Below, one piece after another: positions 1 to 13,420 of a stretch of 64,000 bases of DNA; the stretch's first letter is position 1; every line of letters starts with the position of its first letter. The stretch is taken from contig OX597815.1 in the NCBI GenBank assembly GCA_951406725.2, positions 94,426,001-94,490,000 on the forward strand, written 5' to 3'. The position numbers and the translations under genes were made by a program. The DNA is from Octopus vulgaris (Eukaryota). A model generated the notes under the pieces. That model did no database searches and was not told where the DNA came from. It saw only the letters and a program-made list of their open reading frames with translations.

Positions 1-483
1 AAAGCTGGGCGAAGTACTCCCGAAAGGCCTCACACATTTTCTCGGGTTCGTTTACCAAGACACCATTTTGATTCGTCAAAGACCGAATAGTGGAACTGTT
101 TTCGTGCCGAGCTTCCACCACTCGGGCCCATCCAGCGGCCTTGATTCCTTCACTTCCCATAGTACTTAACTTAGCTCTGGCAATACTTCCCATATATTGG
201 GCTTCAAGATGCTGGTTTAACTCCAGTCTTTTCACCCTCGCTTGGTCCGCATTACCAGTCCTCCAGGCTTTTTCTTGTTCCTTAACTAGACCATCTCCTA
301 TTCTACGTACCTTCTTAGCTAAATTTATGCTAAACCCAATAAACTCATATTTGATGGCTCTTTTTAGGGCGTACCACCATTTGTTATTAGTGATGGTACC
401 TGTTAATGCCCTCTATATTAACATTTTGATCCGCTTTCTGTACTCCTCAATTGCCAAAAGGGACGTATTGAGTTTCCAGTAGC

Positions 484-484
<1 letters not shown>
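1..484 (-). mobile_element. L1/Tx1-clade LINE ORF2 fragment (linker between endonuclease and RT), decayed
   Basis: Minus-strand translation reads GYWKLNTSLL...KWWYALKRAIK...IRSLTNQNG...EKMCEAFREYFAQL with one in-frame stop. WKLNxSLL and FxxYFxxL are typical L1/Tx1 ORF2 motifs. Runs off the window start. Confidence 0.8.
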
Positions 485-1492
<1,008 letters not shown>

Positions 1493-1708
1493 AAAGCGTC
1501 GAGCTGGCCGAATCGTTAGTACGCTGGACGAAATGATTAGCGGTATTTCCCCCCGTCGCTACATTCTCAGTTCAAATTCTATCGAAGTCGACTTTGCCTT
1601 TCATTCTTATGGAGTCGATAAATTAAGTACCAGTGAAACACTGGGGTCGATCTAATCGACTAGTCCCCTTCCCCAAATTTCAGGCCTTGTGCCTTTAGTA
1701 GAAAGTAT
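1493..1708 (+). mobile_element. tRNA-derived SINE, family B
   Basis: GAGCTGGCCGAATCGTTAG head, GTTCAAATTC B-box-like motif and GTCGACTTTGCCTTTCAT body shared with several other copies in the window. Confidence 0.8.
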
Positions 1709-1721
1709 TATTATTATTATA

Positions 1722-1985
1722 ATTCAAACGCTATTACACGCTAATTTGATTAGCAGAGAATTATCCTGAGGCTTGTGGATGACAAATTCCTTCAAACGTC
1801 ATGACACTTTCTCAGCAGTCTTGGAGAATGCAAGATGACGCTTTCCTGCGGGTCATTAATACGTATATAAATTTCAATGAATCTCCTTCAGTTTCTTTGT
1901 TAGCAGTTCGAGTGTTGTGTCTAGTGAACCAATTATCACAGGAACGATCTACGTTGGATTCACAGTTGGTAACTGCCTATTAAGT
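1722..1985 (-). mobile_element. R4/Dong-type RLE LINE 3' fragment, decayed
   Basis: Minus strand reads IVPVIIGSL...QESVILHSPRLLRK, matching the R4/Dong C-terminal VPVIIGxLG...QKxVxLxSxRILRK pattern; abuts a (TTA)n run. Confidence 0.55.
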
Positions 1986-3432
1986 TGTAGGAAATATGTA
2001 ACTTTTACTTGAATCATTTATTAAAGTCTCCATAGTTTAGAAAATTCTTAAAGATTGAAATTTTAATATGTTTTTTTTTTATTATTAAAATGTGGTCGTT
2101 AAGTTTTCTCAAGAAAAACAATAAATTGTAATCAATTGTCAGCATCTTTGAAGAACTTAACTGCAGGAGAATACTATCTGAATATCTTATTGCCTTCTCT
2201 CGCTCGCTCTCTCCCGCTTTCCATCTCGTCTTTGTTTATATATTTCCGGTAGTTAATTCATTTGCTATAACCTCGTTCGTGTTATTGTAGTTCATATGAT
2301 GAACAAGAATAAAAAAAAATTTATTTCTCTTCTATGTACGTCTGTAGTTGTGTGTTTTTATAACTTTATTAATATTAAAATGTACAAATATATGTATCAA
2401 AAGAAAAAAAGTCCGAAGCAGCAGTAAGTTTTTCAATATGATTTTTTCTAGTACATCTCAAATTTTTTGGAAACTTGAAAAAAAAAAAACAACAGAAAGT
2501 AGTGGTTCTGAGTCTGCATTTTTTTAAATGTATATATATATATATATATAAAGTAACAAACTAGCGATCAAACTATACTCTGTGAAAAGCAAAATATATT
2601 ACTACATATGCGCATTATATGCAAACAAAATAGTTATATACAAAACAAAATATATTCATATAAAATTATTATGTAAAAACTATATAGATTTGAAATGCAA
2701 CTTTTTCAACGTTAACCAACAAAATAGACTCAAAACTCTTTCTCTATGATTTACACACGCGTACTTGTCAAGCACGCACTAACGTACAAACATGCAGAGA
2801 AAGAGAGACAGAGAGACAGAAAGACAGAGGGAGAGAGAGAGAGAAGGGGTGAGAGAGGGAAAGAGAGAGAGTTAGAGAGAGAAAGAGAGAGGGAGAGAAA
2901 AAGAGAATACTTTATCTGGTATCAATGCTTTATTTGATATCAAGGATTTGACAGAGAATCTGAAACCATAGAGGTTGGATGAAACCCATTTTATTCTTGC
3001 CTCACCTTTAATGCACGCCATTCCAAGATACCGAGAGGTCCGCCGTATGGGATAGGGCAAAATCGCTACATCGACATAATTTGAAAAATAGTCATAGGTG
3101 AATTTGTCTGTATGGCTGTTTGGTATGCTATAGGCCTTAAGATACACCCACGGGATGTTCGCCATTTCTAGCACAATCAGCTAGATGTACTACCTTGAGT
3201 TTGTTTAAGAAAGAGAGATTATGACAGCGATAAAGTAAAGAAACAAATATTTTTCTGAGAGAGTGAATACGTTAAAGAAAATTAGATATAACATGGAAAA
3301 CTTACACAAATTGGGAATCAAATATGTAAATATTATTCGGAGAATATTTGAAAACCGCCTAGAGGGCGGTCTTTCTCCTCCTGCCTGTCTGCCTGTCCGT
3401 CCGTCTGTCTATCTATATGCATGAGCATGAAT

Positions 3433-3559
<127 letters not shown>

Positions 3560-3566
3560 CGCGCGC

Positions 3567-3937
3567 GTAAGGAACTTACTTCCCAACCTCATGGTTCCAG
3601 GTTCAGTCCCACTGCGTGGCGCCTAGAGCAAGTGTCTTCTATTATCACCTTGGACCAACCAAAGCCTTGTGAGTGGATTTTGTAAACGGAAACTGTCGTG
3701 TATATATGTATATATCTATGTGCGTGTATTTCTGTGTCTGTGTTTGTCCCCGATTACCGCTTGACAACTTGTGTTTACGTCTCCGTCACCTACCGGTTCG
3801 GCAAAGGGAAGTCGATAGAATAAGTACTCGGCTAAAAAAAAGTCCTGGGGTTGTTTTGTTCGACCAAATCCCCACCAGGCGGTGTTCCAGTATGGCCGCA
3901 GTCAAATGACTCAAACGTGTAAAAGAATAAAAGAATA
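3567..3937 (+). mobile_element. tRNA-derived SINE, family A
   Basis: GGTTCAGTCCC B box, GCAAGTGTCTTCT core, tail GGCGGTGTTCCAGTATGGCCGCAGTCAAATGAC followed by (AAAAGAAT)n. Confidence 0.85.
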
Positions 3938-3954
3938 TATATGTATATATATAA

Positions 3955-4425
3955 AATACAAAATGGGACAAGAACGCAAAACATTCGGACAGTTAGGTGA
4001 TACAAAAATGGGACAACAAAACATCCAGATAGACGATACAAAGAAAACAAGGACGGGTCATTCGAAGTTTTCTTTCCTCAGGCAAGTACCAGATTATCAT
4101 CGCAATTTTGGCTGATTATACTTGAGATTGCTCCAATCTGGCCAGGCCCAAGGAAAAACTAAGCTAAGAGCATTAGATTCCTTGGAAGAAAGCAGCGAAT
4201 GTATACAAAAACAAGGACGGAAAAAAACGGATAATGTTACACAAATACAATAAAAATAATAACAAGACATAACAAACAGGTGTCTTTCGATTAAGGACGA
4301 ATTAAATTAAGCTAGCGTGTGTCGAAATGAAGCCTTACGGCAGGAATAGAAGATTTCACTAACACAGGGAGGAATATTGATGTTGCACGGACAACGGCCA
4401 GAATAAGAAAGAATGTGTGTTTATG
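3955..4425 (-). mobile_element. Penelope-like terminal (pLTR) fragment with degenerate hammerhead-like motifs
   Basis: Non-coding and bounded by (TA)n; minus strand has CTGAGGA-AAG-AAAA-CTT-CGAA and further ...CGAAA motifs. Confidence 0.4.
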
Positions 4426-4429
4426 TATT

Positions 4430-4489
<60 letters not shown>

Positions 4490-4492
<3 letters not shown>

Positions 4493-4632
4493 GTTTCTGA
4501 CGAAGAGCTCCGCTCGAAGCGTTAAATCCTCCTTCATTCTTTCCTTTCATGAGTGTCCAATAACACTATTCTTGTTCTACATCCTCGTGTTGTTGTGTTT
4601 TCTCTTTGTGTTTTCATGTTTGGATTAACTTT
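4490..4632 (+). mobile_element. Penelope-like 3' end with a degenerate minimal hammerhead (4493-4527)
   Basis: TTT-CTGACGA-A-GAGC-TCC-GCTC-GAAG-CG-TT-AAA (GAAA changed to GAAG), flanked by (TA)n. Confidence 0.5.
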
Positions 4633-4952
4633 ATATATATATATATATACACACGTGTATGTATGTGTAAGCATATACATGTGTATATATGTGAACGTGT
4701 GCATGCGTATATATGTATAGATACATGTATGTATATATAGTCGCATATATGTTTATATATAAGCATAATTCTTTCTAGAATATTCAATTAAAAATTTCTA
4801 TTGGAGCCTCATGTGATAACAAGAGAAATTTAAGATTTGCTTATAAAACACAGCGTTGGTATAAGACAGAATATACAGTGAACAAAATGTAGCCAACTAT
4901 ACATATACAACAAAAATAGGCACAAGCATACATTTCAATAATATATTTATGT

Positions 4953-5369
4953 ATACTCTTTTACTTGTTTCAGTCATTTGACTGTGGCCATGCTGGAGCA
5001 CCGCCTTTAGTCGAGCAAATCGACCCCAGGACTTATTCTTTGTAAGCCTAGTACTTATTCTATCGGTCTCTTTTGCAGAACCGCTAAGTTACGGGGACGG
5101 AAATACACCAGCATCGGTTGTCAAGCAATGTTTGGTGGACAAACACAGACACACAAACATATACACACAAATATATACATATATATACATATATACATAT
5201 ATACGACATATATACGACATATATACGTCTACCAAATCCACTCGCAAGGCTTTTGGTCGGCCCGAGGTTATAGTAGAAGACACTTGCCCAAGGTGCCATG
5301 CAGTAGGAGTGAACCCGGAACCATGTGGTTGGTAAGCAAGCTACTTACCACACAGCCACTCCTGCGCCT
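4953..5369 (-). mobile_element. tRNA-derived SINE, family A, near full length
   Basis: Reverse complement starts AGGCGCAGGAGTGGCTGTGTGGTAAG (A box), has GGTTCACTCC (B box), an internal CA/TA tract and tail GGCGGTGCTCCAGCATGGCCACAGTCAAATGACTGAAAC. Confidence 0.9.
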
Positions 5370-5385
5370 ATATGTGTATATGTAT

Positions 5386-7145
5386 CAAGCACTTTCTGGA
5401 CCTTCGGCTTGACCCTCACCCTGACATCTCCAAACTTCTTCGTCTGACCGAACTTGTTCTCTCCCTCAATTGCTTCTCGTTCGCTGGGAGTGGCCATGAG
5501 AACGAGAACTATGCGAACTGTTCGTTGACTACGTTGAGGCCAAATATTCTTACAATTCACTAGTCTCGTTTCCGAACTATACGGTCGTTATATCTCTTCC
5601 TCCTCCTCCTACCCTACCCACACCTACCTCTCCATCCCCTACTCCCAATTCCTCCGTCTGCGCAGGCTCTGCAGTGATAACCATGACTTTGAGACTCAAT
5701 TTCAGCACATGGCTCGCAACTTCATCCTATGTGGATATCTCCTCACCACTATCCACACTGCCCTTGCCAGGACACGAGCTGTGGGTCGTGGCTCTACTCT
5801 TTCTCCTCGCACCCGCCCCACCGTTGCCTGTCTCCCGTTTGTTCTCACCTACCACCTTTCCCCCATGCTCCTCCAACGCTCCATTCTCCTAGCCTTCCGG
5901 CGACTCCAGTCCGACTCCTCTACCTCGCACATCTTCCCCAAGCTACCCTTTCCCTTCTTCAAAGGAACCCATAGCCTGCGTGACGTACAGGTCCACAGTT
6001 TCTTCCATAACCCCAACTCTCAGCCTGGCTCGCTCCTCTGCTCCCGCCCATGCTGTCACACCTGCCCCTACCTCTCCAACACCACCATCTCACAGTCACC
6101 TATCATCGTCCATATAACATCACCGACTCTCCTAAATGCACTTCTAGTAATCTAATTTACTGCATCTCCTTCTCCCTCTGTCCTTCCGTGTACATCGGGC
6201 AAACGTGACGTCGCTTGGCCGAACGGTTCGCGGGGCACCTCCGAGACATCAAACTCTGCAATGACACCCCGGTCTCGCGCCATTTCCACTCTACCAGTCA
6301 TTCGCTACAACATCTGTCTGTGTCTAGATTGTCTTTACACAGGGGCCAGCAGGACTCCCGCCTTCGCATGGAATAGGATTTAATCTTCCCTCTTCACTCC
6401 TTTGCGTCACATGGGTTCAACCCACTTCCTCTCTTCATCTGATATCAACCTCAACTCCTCCCTTCATTTGACACCAACCCCATACACACACTAGCATTGA
6501 ACACTCATCCCAAAACATCATCCACACACCCACTCACAATCTTCAATAGCGTCATCACACATACCACTATATGAGTAGCCACAGACACTGTTTAACCCAG
6601 TACACACACCACACACCATCATGTATACTCTCACAAGCACACATGCACGGTGTTTGGTCACAAACACACACACATATACATGTGCATACACCACATGAAA
6701 AAGTACACACCAACTGCTACACACGACACAACACACATACACACATACGTTACTCGCACGCACTCACACATGTCAGAGTCACCCGCCCCTATTCACACAT
6801 ACACACTTAAACACTCACACATACCATTCTCACATACACACACGCGCTCCCTACTTGTTGGGATCACTAGCACTATTATTATCTCCCTTTCATTTAACCT
6901 CTTTCTTATTATTCTCTCCCTTTCTTTCAACCTCTTTTCTTCCAATCAATCGCCATGTTTGACTGCTGAACTCTACACGTTTTTATCATTTTCTCTCTGT
7001 TTATTTTCTCTTATTCCTTTCTGTTGAAGTTTATAGGATCGAAACGTAAAAGACTTTAATTTTTCCCGAGCGTCAAACTAATAAACTAATACAATTGCTT
7101 GTTGTTCATACACCTGGCTTCGTCTTTTGTTTTTCTATAAATTTC
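5386..7145 (+). mobile_element. Penelope-like element (Neptune-type): internally deleted RT, thumb, Cys linker, GIY-YIG endonuclease, 3' UTR with hammerhead variant
   Basis: Frames read SIPYSQFLRLRRLCS...LPFVLTYH...CSRPCCHTCPY...CTSSNLIYCI...YIGQT*RRLAERFAGH...VSRHF, with frameshifts and stops. CTTT-CTGTTGA...GAAA-CG-TA-AAAG at 7017-7052. Confidence 0.85.
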
Positions 7146-8606
7146 AACTATATGTATGTGTATGTACGTGCATATGCATGTGTGCATGTGTACGTATATA
7201 CACATGCACACATACATACACATACATATATAAAAACTACCTCATTTCTAATTTGCATAATTGTGTGAGGAGGATAATTATGACGATGTATGTATGTATG
7301 TATGTATGTATGTATGTACGTATGCATGTATGTGTATATATATATAACATACAGGTGTTTGAGTGTTTGTATACTCATATGTATACACGAATTGTATGTA
7401 TGTTTATACACGCGTGCGCGCAATCACACAGACATATATTTGTGTATATATATATATTTGTGTAGTAATTAATCTTTGTGTATAAGTCAGATCTCTGTTT
7501 CCAGTACTTTGACTTTTCTATCTGTGTGCCTATGTTCAGTTGCGATCCCTTTAATCTATTACTGAAAAGAAGTTACTAATCTACAAGGCGACCTTCTTTA
7601 ATCATCTGCATCGACATTTAAACAAATAGTTAAACAGGTAACCCGATAAATAATTTGCATGAAACCTTATTTACCAGTTTCCAGTCAAACGGCATGAATA
7701 TTGTCATAGTCATTTTTCTCATATTTTGCTTTACATTCGTAGTTATTTTCAAACGTCATTTTAAAATTCTTGTTTCCTATGTTAATTTCTTTTCCACGCA
7801 CGCATACACACATACACACATACTTATGTAGACAAATACAAAACACAAAGCTACACATTCACTTTACGTCTTTCTGGTTACGGAAGACGGATTTTTCCAC
7901 TTCACAATTGGTTTCCTTTCGAAAACCGGTATAAAATGTGGAAAGGCAAAACACGAGGTTTAGACTCGCTTCATTCTTCTACGGCTATCCTTACCATGCA
8001 TCTATATTGAAACTCTCATATTTTCACTTTGTATACGCATCATACATAACTCTCTACATCATAGTCATCGCAGTCACAGTCTCTTCTATAAACTATTTGT
8101 TTTTTTTTCTGCACAGTTTCTATATATATAATTACATTTAGATAATTTTTTTAAAATCAATAAATATGTGTGCAGTAGTTCTTTTAATTTTTGTCCTAAA
8201 CTGTTTTTCAATTCAATCAATTCTGAAAGAATTTCACTGGAAATGGGCTGGTGAATGTAATGCATTCTGCTATTGCTGTTCTTCGGTAATCGTTTTATCT
8301 CTCGTTTTGTACATACCGTGGGATGCACGCACATATAACCGCTTCTATTCAGTTTGGTATTGTTCAACCATAACACGCCAGCTAATTACAAACTTTGGCT
8401 AGAAGAAATCTTACGCGCAAAAGTAGCCACACGTATCTTAAAAGCATCCTAATTGACTAAAAACTACCCTATGTAGACATCAGTGTCAAAACCAACTGCT
8501 TATAACTGACCAATTAATAGCCGCTCAGCAACTTCACAGCTGCTCCTCCCTTTTTAGTCTTTAACCATGCCAGCAGTCCAAAAATAAACTCGAAAGGTTG
8601 GCTACT

Positions 8607-8682
<76 letters not shown>

Positions 8683-8708
8683 CCTACCTACCTACCTACC
8701 TACCTACA

Positions 8709-8775
<67 letters not shown>

Positions 8776-8837
8776 ATGTCTGTCTGTCGGTCTGTATGTC
8801 TGTATGTCTGTATGTCTGTCTGTCTGTCTGTCCGTCC

Positions 8838-8882
<45 letters not shown>

Positions 8883-8931
8883 CATATCTACCTACCTACC
8901 TACCTACCTACCTACCTACCTACCTACCTAC

Positions 8932-8994
<63 letters not shown>

Positions 8995-9095
8995 CCTACC
9001 TACCTACCTACATACCTACCTACCTACCTACCTACCTACCGCCTACCTACCTACATACATACGTACCTACAAATCTATCTATCTAGCTATCTATC
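8607..9095. repeat. Compound tetranucleotide array (TATC)n/(TACC)n/(TGTC)n
   Basis: Directly visible. Confidence 0.95.
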
Positions 9096-9831
9096 GAGTT
9101 TATTTAAACTGAATAATTACCCCACGGTTTGAGTTTCACACCGCTGTGATCTTCAGGTGTGAACTGTTATGCTCAATATGATTGCTACTAGTTGAATCTT
9201 ATGCGTCGACTGATTTGTTTTTGAATCTGTTGATTAGAAGCGATTTTTGTGTAACTGAATTGGCTGTCATTTTCGTGTGACCTAATGTCTATTTTCATTG
9301 AAGTTGTTGAGAAGCATGATTGAATATTTATACAAATTTCCTTCGGCAATACATAGTTCCATTTTATATGAAATTGATAAACAAAACACAATTTTACTGT
9401 CGCAATATGTCTAGCATTTAACTGATAGAGAAAAGTTTGATATTTATCGATCAGTTGTCGAAACTAGTATATGCTGTGTTTAAAACTCGTTTTTATACTT
9501 GGTTCACCAGAAGAAGGTCACTATTTTAGCACCATATTACGGTAAATTAAACAGAAGTATTATTTAGCTCTCTGATTACATACATGTATAACGTATATAC
9601 ATATACGGACCAACAATACTACATGTATAGCATATGGACATATACCTGTTAAGGGATATGGAATTGACACTAGGTGAAATTTCATGCTCTAGTATTGTTG
9701 GTCTGTATATGTCCATACGCTATACATGTATGTATGTATTATGTATATATATGTGCATGTAGACGCGAGCACACACACACACATACATACACACATACAC
9801 ACACATACACACATACATTAAACACACACAC

Positions 9832-9895
<64 letters not shown>

Positions 9896-9906
9896 AGAGA
9901 GAGAGT

Positions 9907-11044
9907 GAGAATGTTCGAGCTAAATTTGACAGTTTGAATAAAAGGTGGGGGGGGGATATCCCATCCAAAAATAAAAGTATTAAAAAAAATTAAAATATCA
10001 ATTAGATTGTGACAGCGATAACACATGCGTTCCTCCTTGTATCCCTGAGAAGATTCGCTAACACCTCTTAGAACTTGGCCACCAGCTCGGCTTTGGTGTT
10101 TCAGGCAGAGCGATTGGTATCTTTCTGAACTGAATCCCGTATATATTAATCCATGAGATTAAAATCGGGGAAATTAGAAGGCCAGAATTAGGGTTGGTGA
10201 AGTGGTAGAAATTCTCCAGACACTTTCTGGAGGCGTGACAAGGAAGCGAATTCTGCTGCCATACGTATGGCCTTGTAGCAGCAACTCTTTCCAGCCACGG
10301 CGTAAACACAGTTACTAGCAGCTTCACATAGCCGTCAGAATTGACCCTAAGGCTGTGTTAAAAGATGTGAAGCGTCATGATGTCACTCGTACTGGAGATA
10401 TATCCAAAGACCAACACAGTTTGTGGAAACGTGGTTTTCATGATACATGGGAATGTAAACAAGTTGCCTGTTGTTCTGGGTGTTGTGCAACTGATCTTGG
10501 CAGAAGTTCTTTTCATCTGAGAACAACCAAATCATTCCCGGCTAAACAGGATGTCTCAACTTGTTCAGGAGTTTCTTTGACTTCATTGTGCCTCTTATAC
10601 AAGTGGTAAGGAAGGTCCTCATTCATGGTCAGCTTCATAGTGACGACTTCAATACCCATAACTCTTCCCAAAGAGCGGATACCATTGCTCGGATCTTCTC
10701 TTACTTTGTCTTGCAGTTAGATTAATTACAGCGTGCAGACAGACGAATAATGTCAGATCTGTCCATTCCTGCTGGCCACAGATTTGTAGTCTCCGGTGCA
10801 GCTGTCCATGTCACGTCTTACAGCCTTTGCAGTATTCACAGAGCACTGACCGGAAGTGTCATGATTTCGGCATTTTGGTTCTTGGCATGAATCATTGTGA
10901 TATACATAACTCTTTTCCAATATTCAGATAGCATTCAGTCTTCCAGGTCGTATAATTTTTTCTCAACCAACACTGTTGACTGTTCATTAATACACAAGTT
11001 ATTTCTGAAAAGGAGACATAAATATCGTCAAGTTTAGACTGAAC

Positions 11045-11050
<6 letters not shown>
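9907..11050 (-). mobile_element. Tc1/mariner element of DD37D (maT)-like type, decayed transposase with imperfect TIRs
   Basis: Minus strand reads WLFSDEKNF...YVWQQNSLPCH...FWPSNFPDFNLMD. Imperfect TIRs at 9907-9935 and 11021-11050; the right end abuts (TA)n. Confidence 0.8.
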
Positions 11051-11099
<49 letters not shown>

Positions 11100-11324
11100 T
11101 ATTTATTGATTTACTTGAGGTGTTGATGACCGTGGCGTGAATAAGAACACCAATATGTGGGATTGAAGAATTTAGAATTTAAACAAAGCATTACCAAGTT
11201 TCGAGCTGCGAGATTCTTTGAAAGTCGAGAGCATCAGTTATCTGACATTACCTATTCTTTTTTATCTTGGCATTTAATATCAACATAGCTTATGGATATT
11301 TATGTGCAATATGAAAGTGTCAAT

Positions 11325-11626
11325 CCTGGGAGTTGTGGCGTGCTCCTGTAATCTAGCTACTCGGAGGCTTGGTTGGTTGGCCGGTTTGAGGATGGGAGTT
11401 CTGGTAGTCGGTCTTCTATGGCGATCGGGTGTCCGCGCTAAGCTCGGCATCAATATGGTGCTGGAGAGGGAGCCATCAGGACCAGGTTGTCTAAGGAGGG
11501 TCGCATCGGCCCAGGGCGGAAACGCAGCAGGCAAAAGGCCCCGTGTCGAGCAGTAGTGGGATCGCGCCTGTGAATAGTTGTCGGTTAGCAGCCTGTTCGA
11601 TATAACTGAACACCAATCTAATTTTT
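11325..11626 (+). ncRNA. Full-length 7SL / SRP RNA sequence (gene or retrocopy)
   Basis: Collinear with metazoan 7SL: Alu domain GGAG...CTCC-TGTAA-TCTAGCTACTCGGAGG, CGATCGGGTGTCCGCGCTAAGCTCGGCATCAATATGGTG, helix 8 CCAGG-GCG-GAAA-CGC-AGCAGG, CAGTAGTGGGATCGCGCCTGTGAATAG. About 300 nt, ending in TTTTT. Confidence 0.93.
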
Positions 11627-11689
11627 AAAATGGCGGTGCCCCAGCATGGCCACAGCTCATGAGCTGAAACTGGAAAAATCAAAATCAAA
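11627..11689 (+). mobile_element. LINE/SINE-type 3' tail fused to the 7SL sequence
   Basis: GGCGGTGCCCCAGCATGGCCACAG...CTGAAAC plus (AAAATC)n; homologous to the family A SINE tail at 4967-5005 (minus) and 3878-3916. Confidence 0.85.
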
Positions 11690-12395
11690 TATGTATATAT
11701 ATGGATGTATATATGCTTTTTATCCACTTGCGTAAGTACATACTCGCATTTTTTCTATTTTCATTTTATTACCCATATTTACATTGACACTTTCATATTG
11801 CACATAAATATCCATAAGCTATGTTGATATTAAATGCCAAGATAAAAAAGAATAGGTAACGTCAGATAACTGATGCTCTCGACTTTCAAAGAATCTCGCA
11901 GCTCGAAACTTGGTAATGCTTTGTTTAAATTCTAAATTCTTCAATCCCACATATTGGTGTTCTTATTCACGTCACGGTCATCAACACCTCAAGTAAATTC
12001 TAACTTCACACTCCTTGTTGGAACCAAAATTATTCGCCAAAGCTCTATATACAGATGATAATATACGCTTTTAGTTTGAAAGAAAATGTCATCGTATGAG
12101 CATCGGAAACGTGGAACTTGTGGCTACGAGAAAGAAACAATTTCAACTCATAATGAACATATATACTCTACTATTTCTTATTAAATTCCTTTTTTTTTAT
12201 CTCGTTTCAAAATGCAAATGTATAGCATGCGAGTGTGTATGTGTGTGCCTGTACATATGCGTTTATATGCAGAAATCAGGAAACGAAAGAACACACAGAC
12301 ATTTGCAAATATATATATATATATATATAGGTATACATAAATACATACATGTACATACATACATACATACATACATACATACATACATACATACA

Positions 12396-12431
<36 letters not shown>

Positions 12432-13328
12432 TGTATACATACATGTTTGTGTATAAATATATATATATGTATGTATATATATATACACCTATCTGCATGT
12501 GGCTCTATGTTATTTTAGAGGAAATAACCTTGTAAAACAAAAACTTGATTTACAAAAACCAAAAAGAAATTACGCTATCTTGCTCTGCGTAATACGTTAT
12601 ATTATTATTACAGATATTTTTGTAACAGTAAAGCTGAAAACTTAATTATCTTTACGTTTAATTATTCTTTTGATTTAACTTGAAATTAGATTATTTGTTG
12701 TGTTCTTCGTTTTTCGCGTTGAATAGAATGTGATCTTTCAAATAATCTAATAACAGTTTCACCTCTTAGGAATCCTTCTTCATTAAATAAGCTGTTCATG
12801 TATAGGAAAAAATGATCTACGAGGGGGCTTGAAAACCTACAGTATACGCAGTATATTCATCCCTATATTAGCAAACGATATTTCCTTTCAAATATGTGTG
12901 TCTGTGAGTGTTTGTACATGCACACATACATACATTTATATCCATATCAATATGTACGTATGTCATTATTCAGTTTATCTCCAGATTTCTTGCCAATAGA
13001 GAAAGAACAGGTTTCTAACCTAGATACAAGGCTCCTTCATTGGAATTCCAACATCAAACAACAGGGTATTTTTGTATGTATGTATGTATGTATGTATGTA
13101 TGTATGTATGTATGTATGTATGTATGTATGTATGTATGTATGTATGTATGTATGTATCTATCTATATCTATCTACATTTGCATATGTATATAAACATATT
13201 AGCACACCTATACGAACAACATCTGAATTACAGAGACTCGGGTTACGAAATTCCGTACTTAGGGAATTGTAATGTACTTCCACTAATTTCTCGGATAAAT
13301 TTTAAAAATTAAAATCATGATCCGTATA

Positions 13329-13420
13329 TCTTTTATCTTTTACTTGTTTTAGTCATTAGCCAAACTCAGAACCACGTGATCAGGGAGTAGACTTTTAGCC
13401 ACACAGCTGTGCCTGCGCCT
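13329..13420 (-). mobile_element. Family A SINE, internally deleted
   Basis: Tail end TCTTTTACTTGTTTTAGTCATT joined to head end CACACAGCTGTGCCTGCGCCT. Confidence 0.6.

Larger units (their letters stand above)
11109..11998. repeat. 216-bp near-perfect inverted repeat (arms 11109-11324 and 11783-11998)
   Basis: Arms are reverse complements; two mismatches found by eye. Confidence 0.95.

Noticed and set aside
90-482. 130-aa plus-strand ORF
   Set aside because: Antisense shadow of the minus-strand L1/Tx1 ORF2 fragment.
2987-3181. Possible minus-strand exon (LEMANIPWVY...YLGMACIK) with AAG|GTGAG donor
   Set aside because: Weak acceptor and no recognisable protein; could be decayed transposon sequence.
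11280-11556. 84-aa ORFs on both strands
   Set aside because: They overlap the 7SL RNA sequence and are incidental.
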